64,000 bases of DNA from Gekko japonicus (taxonomy: Eukaryota): assembly GCF_001447785.1 (NCBI RefSeq), contig NW_015166417.1:2245030-2309029 (forward strand), in the 5' to 3' direction. Of the stretch, positions 63,586 through 64,000 are shown piece by piece. The position numbers and the translations under genes were made by a program. Each line of letters starts with the position of its first letter. Position 1 is the stretch's first letter. The notes under the pieces are model-generated. The model was not told where the DNA came from, did no database searches, and saw nothing but the letters and a program-made list of their open reading frames with translations.

Positions 63586-64000
63586 ACAGAAGCAAGGTAT
63601 GTGCATGAGACAGGCAACAACCCAGGTTTGTGCCCACTCCCCCCCCCGACTTAAGTTACATGTAACATCTGAATGCAGCAAAAAGGTAAGTAACCAGGTA
63701 GTTCCATGCAAAGGGAAAGACATAATTGCATTGTTCATGACATACACTATACTGTCTTTATTGTATTTTTAATAACTCCATAATCTGCCTTGAGTCTCAA
63801 AGGCAAATGACAAATGAAGTTAATTAATTAATAATACAGAGGAAAAAATAAGAAAAAGAAACAAAGGGGCTCACAGAAAATGAACTTAGGCAGTGTGCTG
63901 TCAGAAGGTGAGGGGTTAGAGCAGGGGTACCAGACTCCCTGGTAGAGGTCCATCACTACCAGGCCCTGCCCCCCAGTGACCAATCAGCTGGCAAGTGGGG

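Noticed and set aside
1-64000. CRISPR arrays, operons or prokaryotic defence systems
   Set aside because: This is vertebrate intron-exon sequence; no regularly spaced repeat-spacer structure was seen.

Overview
Vertebrate genomic DNA from a squamate, probably a gecko; this is inferred from the repeat content (Sauria SINE, BovB tails, Squam3-like SINEs, squamate Penelope ends). The whole window lies inside one minus-strand gene, BAZ2B. I can place 18 coding exons with GT-AG boundaries (one donor falls in an N-gap), running from the GRP/AT-hook-like exon after the MBD/TAM domain (60602-60812) through the coiled coil, DDT and WHIM/WSD regions to the exon just before the PHD finger (6303-6438). 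The MBD exons and the PHD/bromodomain exons lie outside the window. Introns hold a fossil DIRS retrotransposon, an internally deleted Gypsy LTR element with a TSD, a probable solo LTR, many hAT/Harbinger MITEs, tRNA- and 5S-derived SINEs, Penelope palindromes with decayed hammerhead ribozyme cores, and several N-gaps. The most notable observations are: (i) three unexplained 3n-length exon candidates (30, 63 and 24 nt) with good splice sites in the 14.6-kb phase-0 intron, which join in frame to give either coiled-coil inserts or an alternative N-terminus (MQLK-GLWWNNFYSTRIRQRNTKELK-NTGRQIRK-EKERLK...); (ii) apparent Rbfox and UG-repeat splicing control sites; (iii) the absence of the conserved EIARQAAQ...KQQ segment that is needed to keep frame. 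Most six-frame ORFs are spurious.
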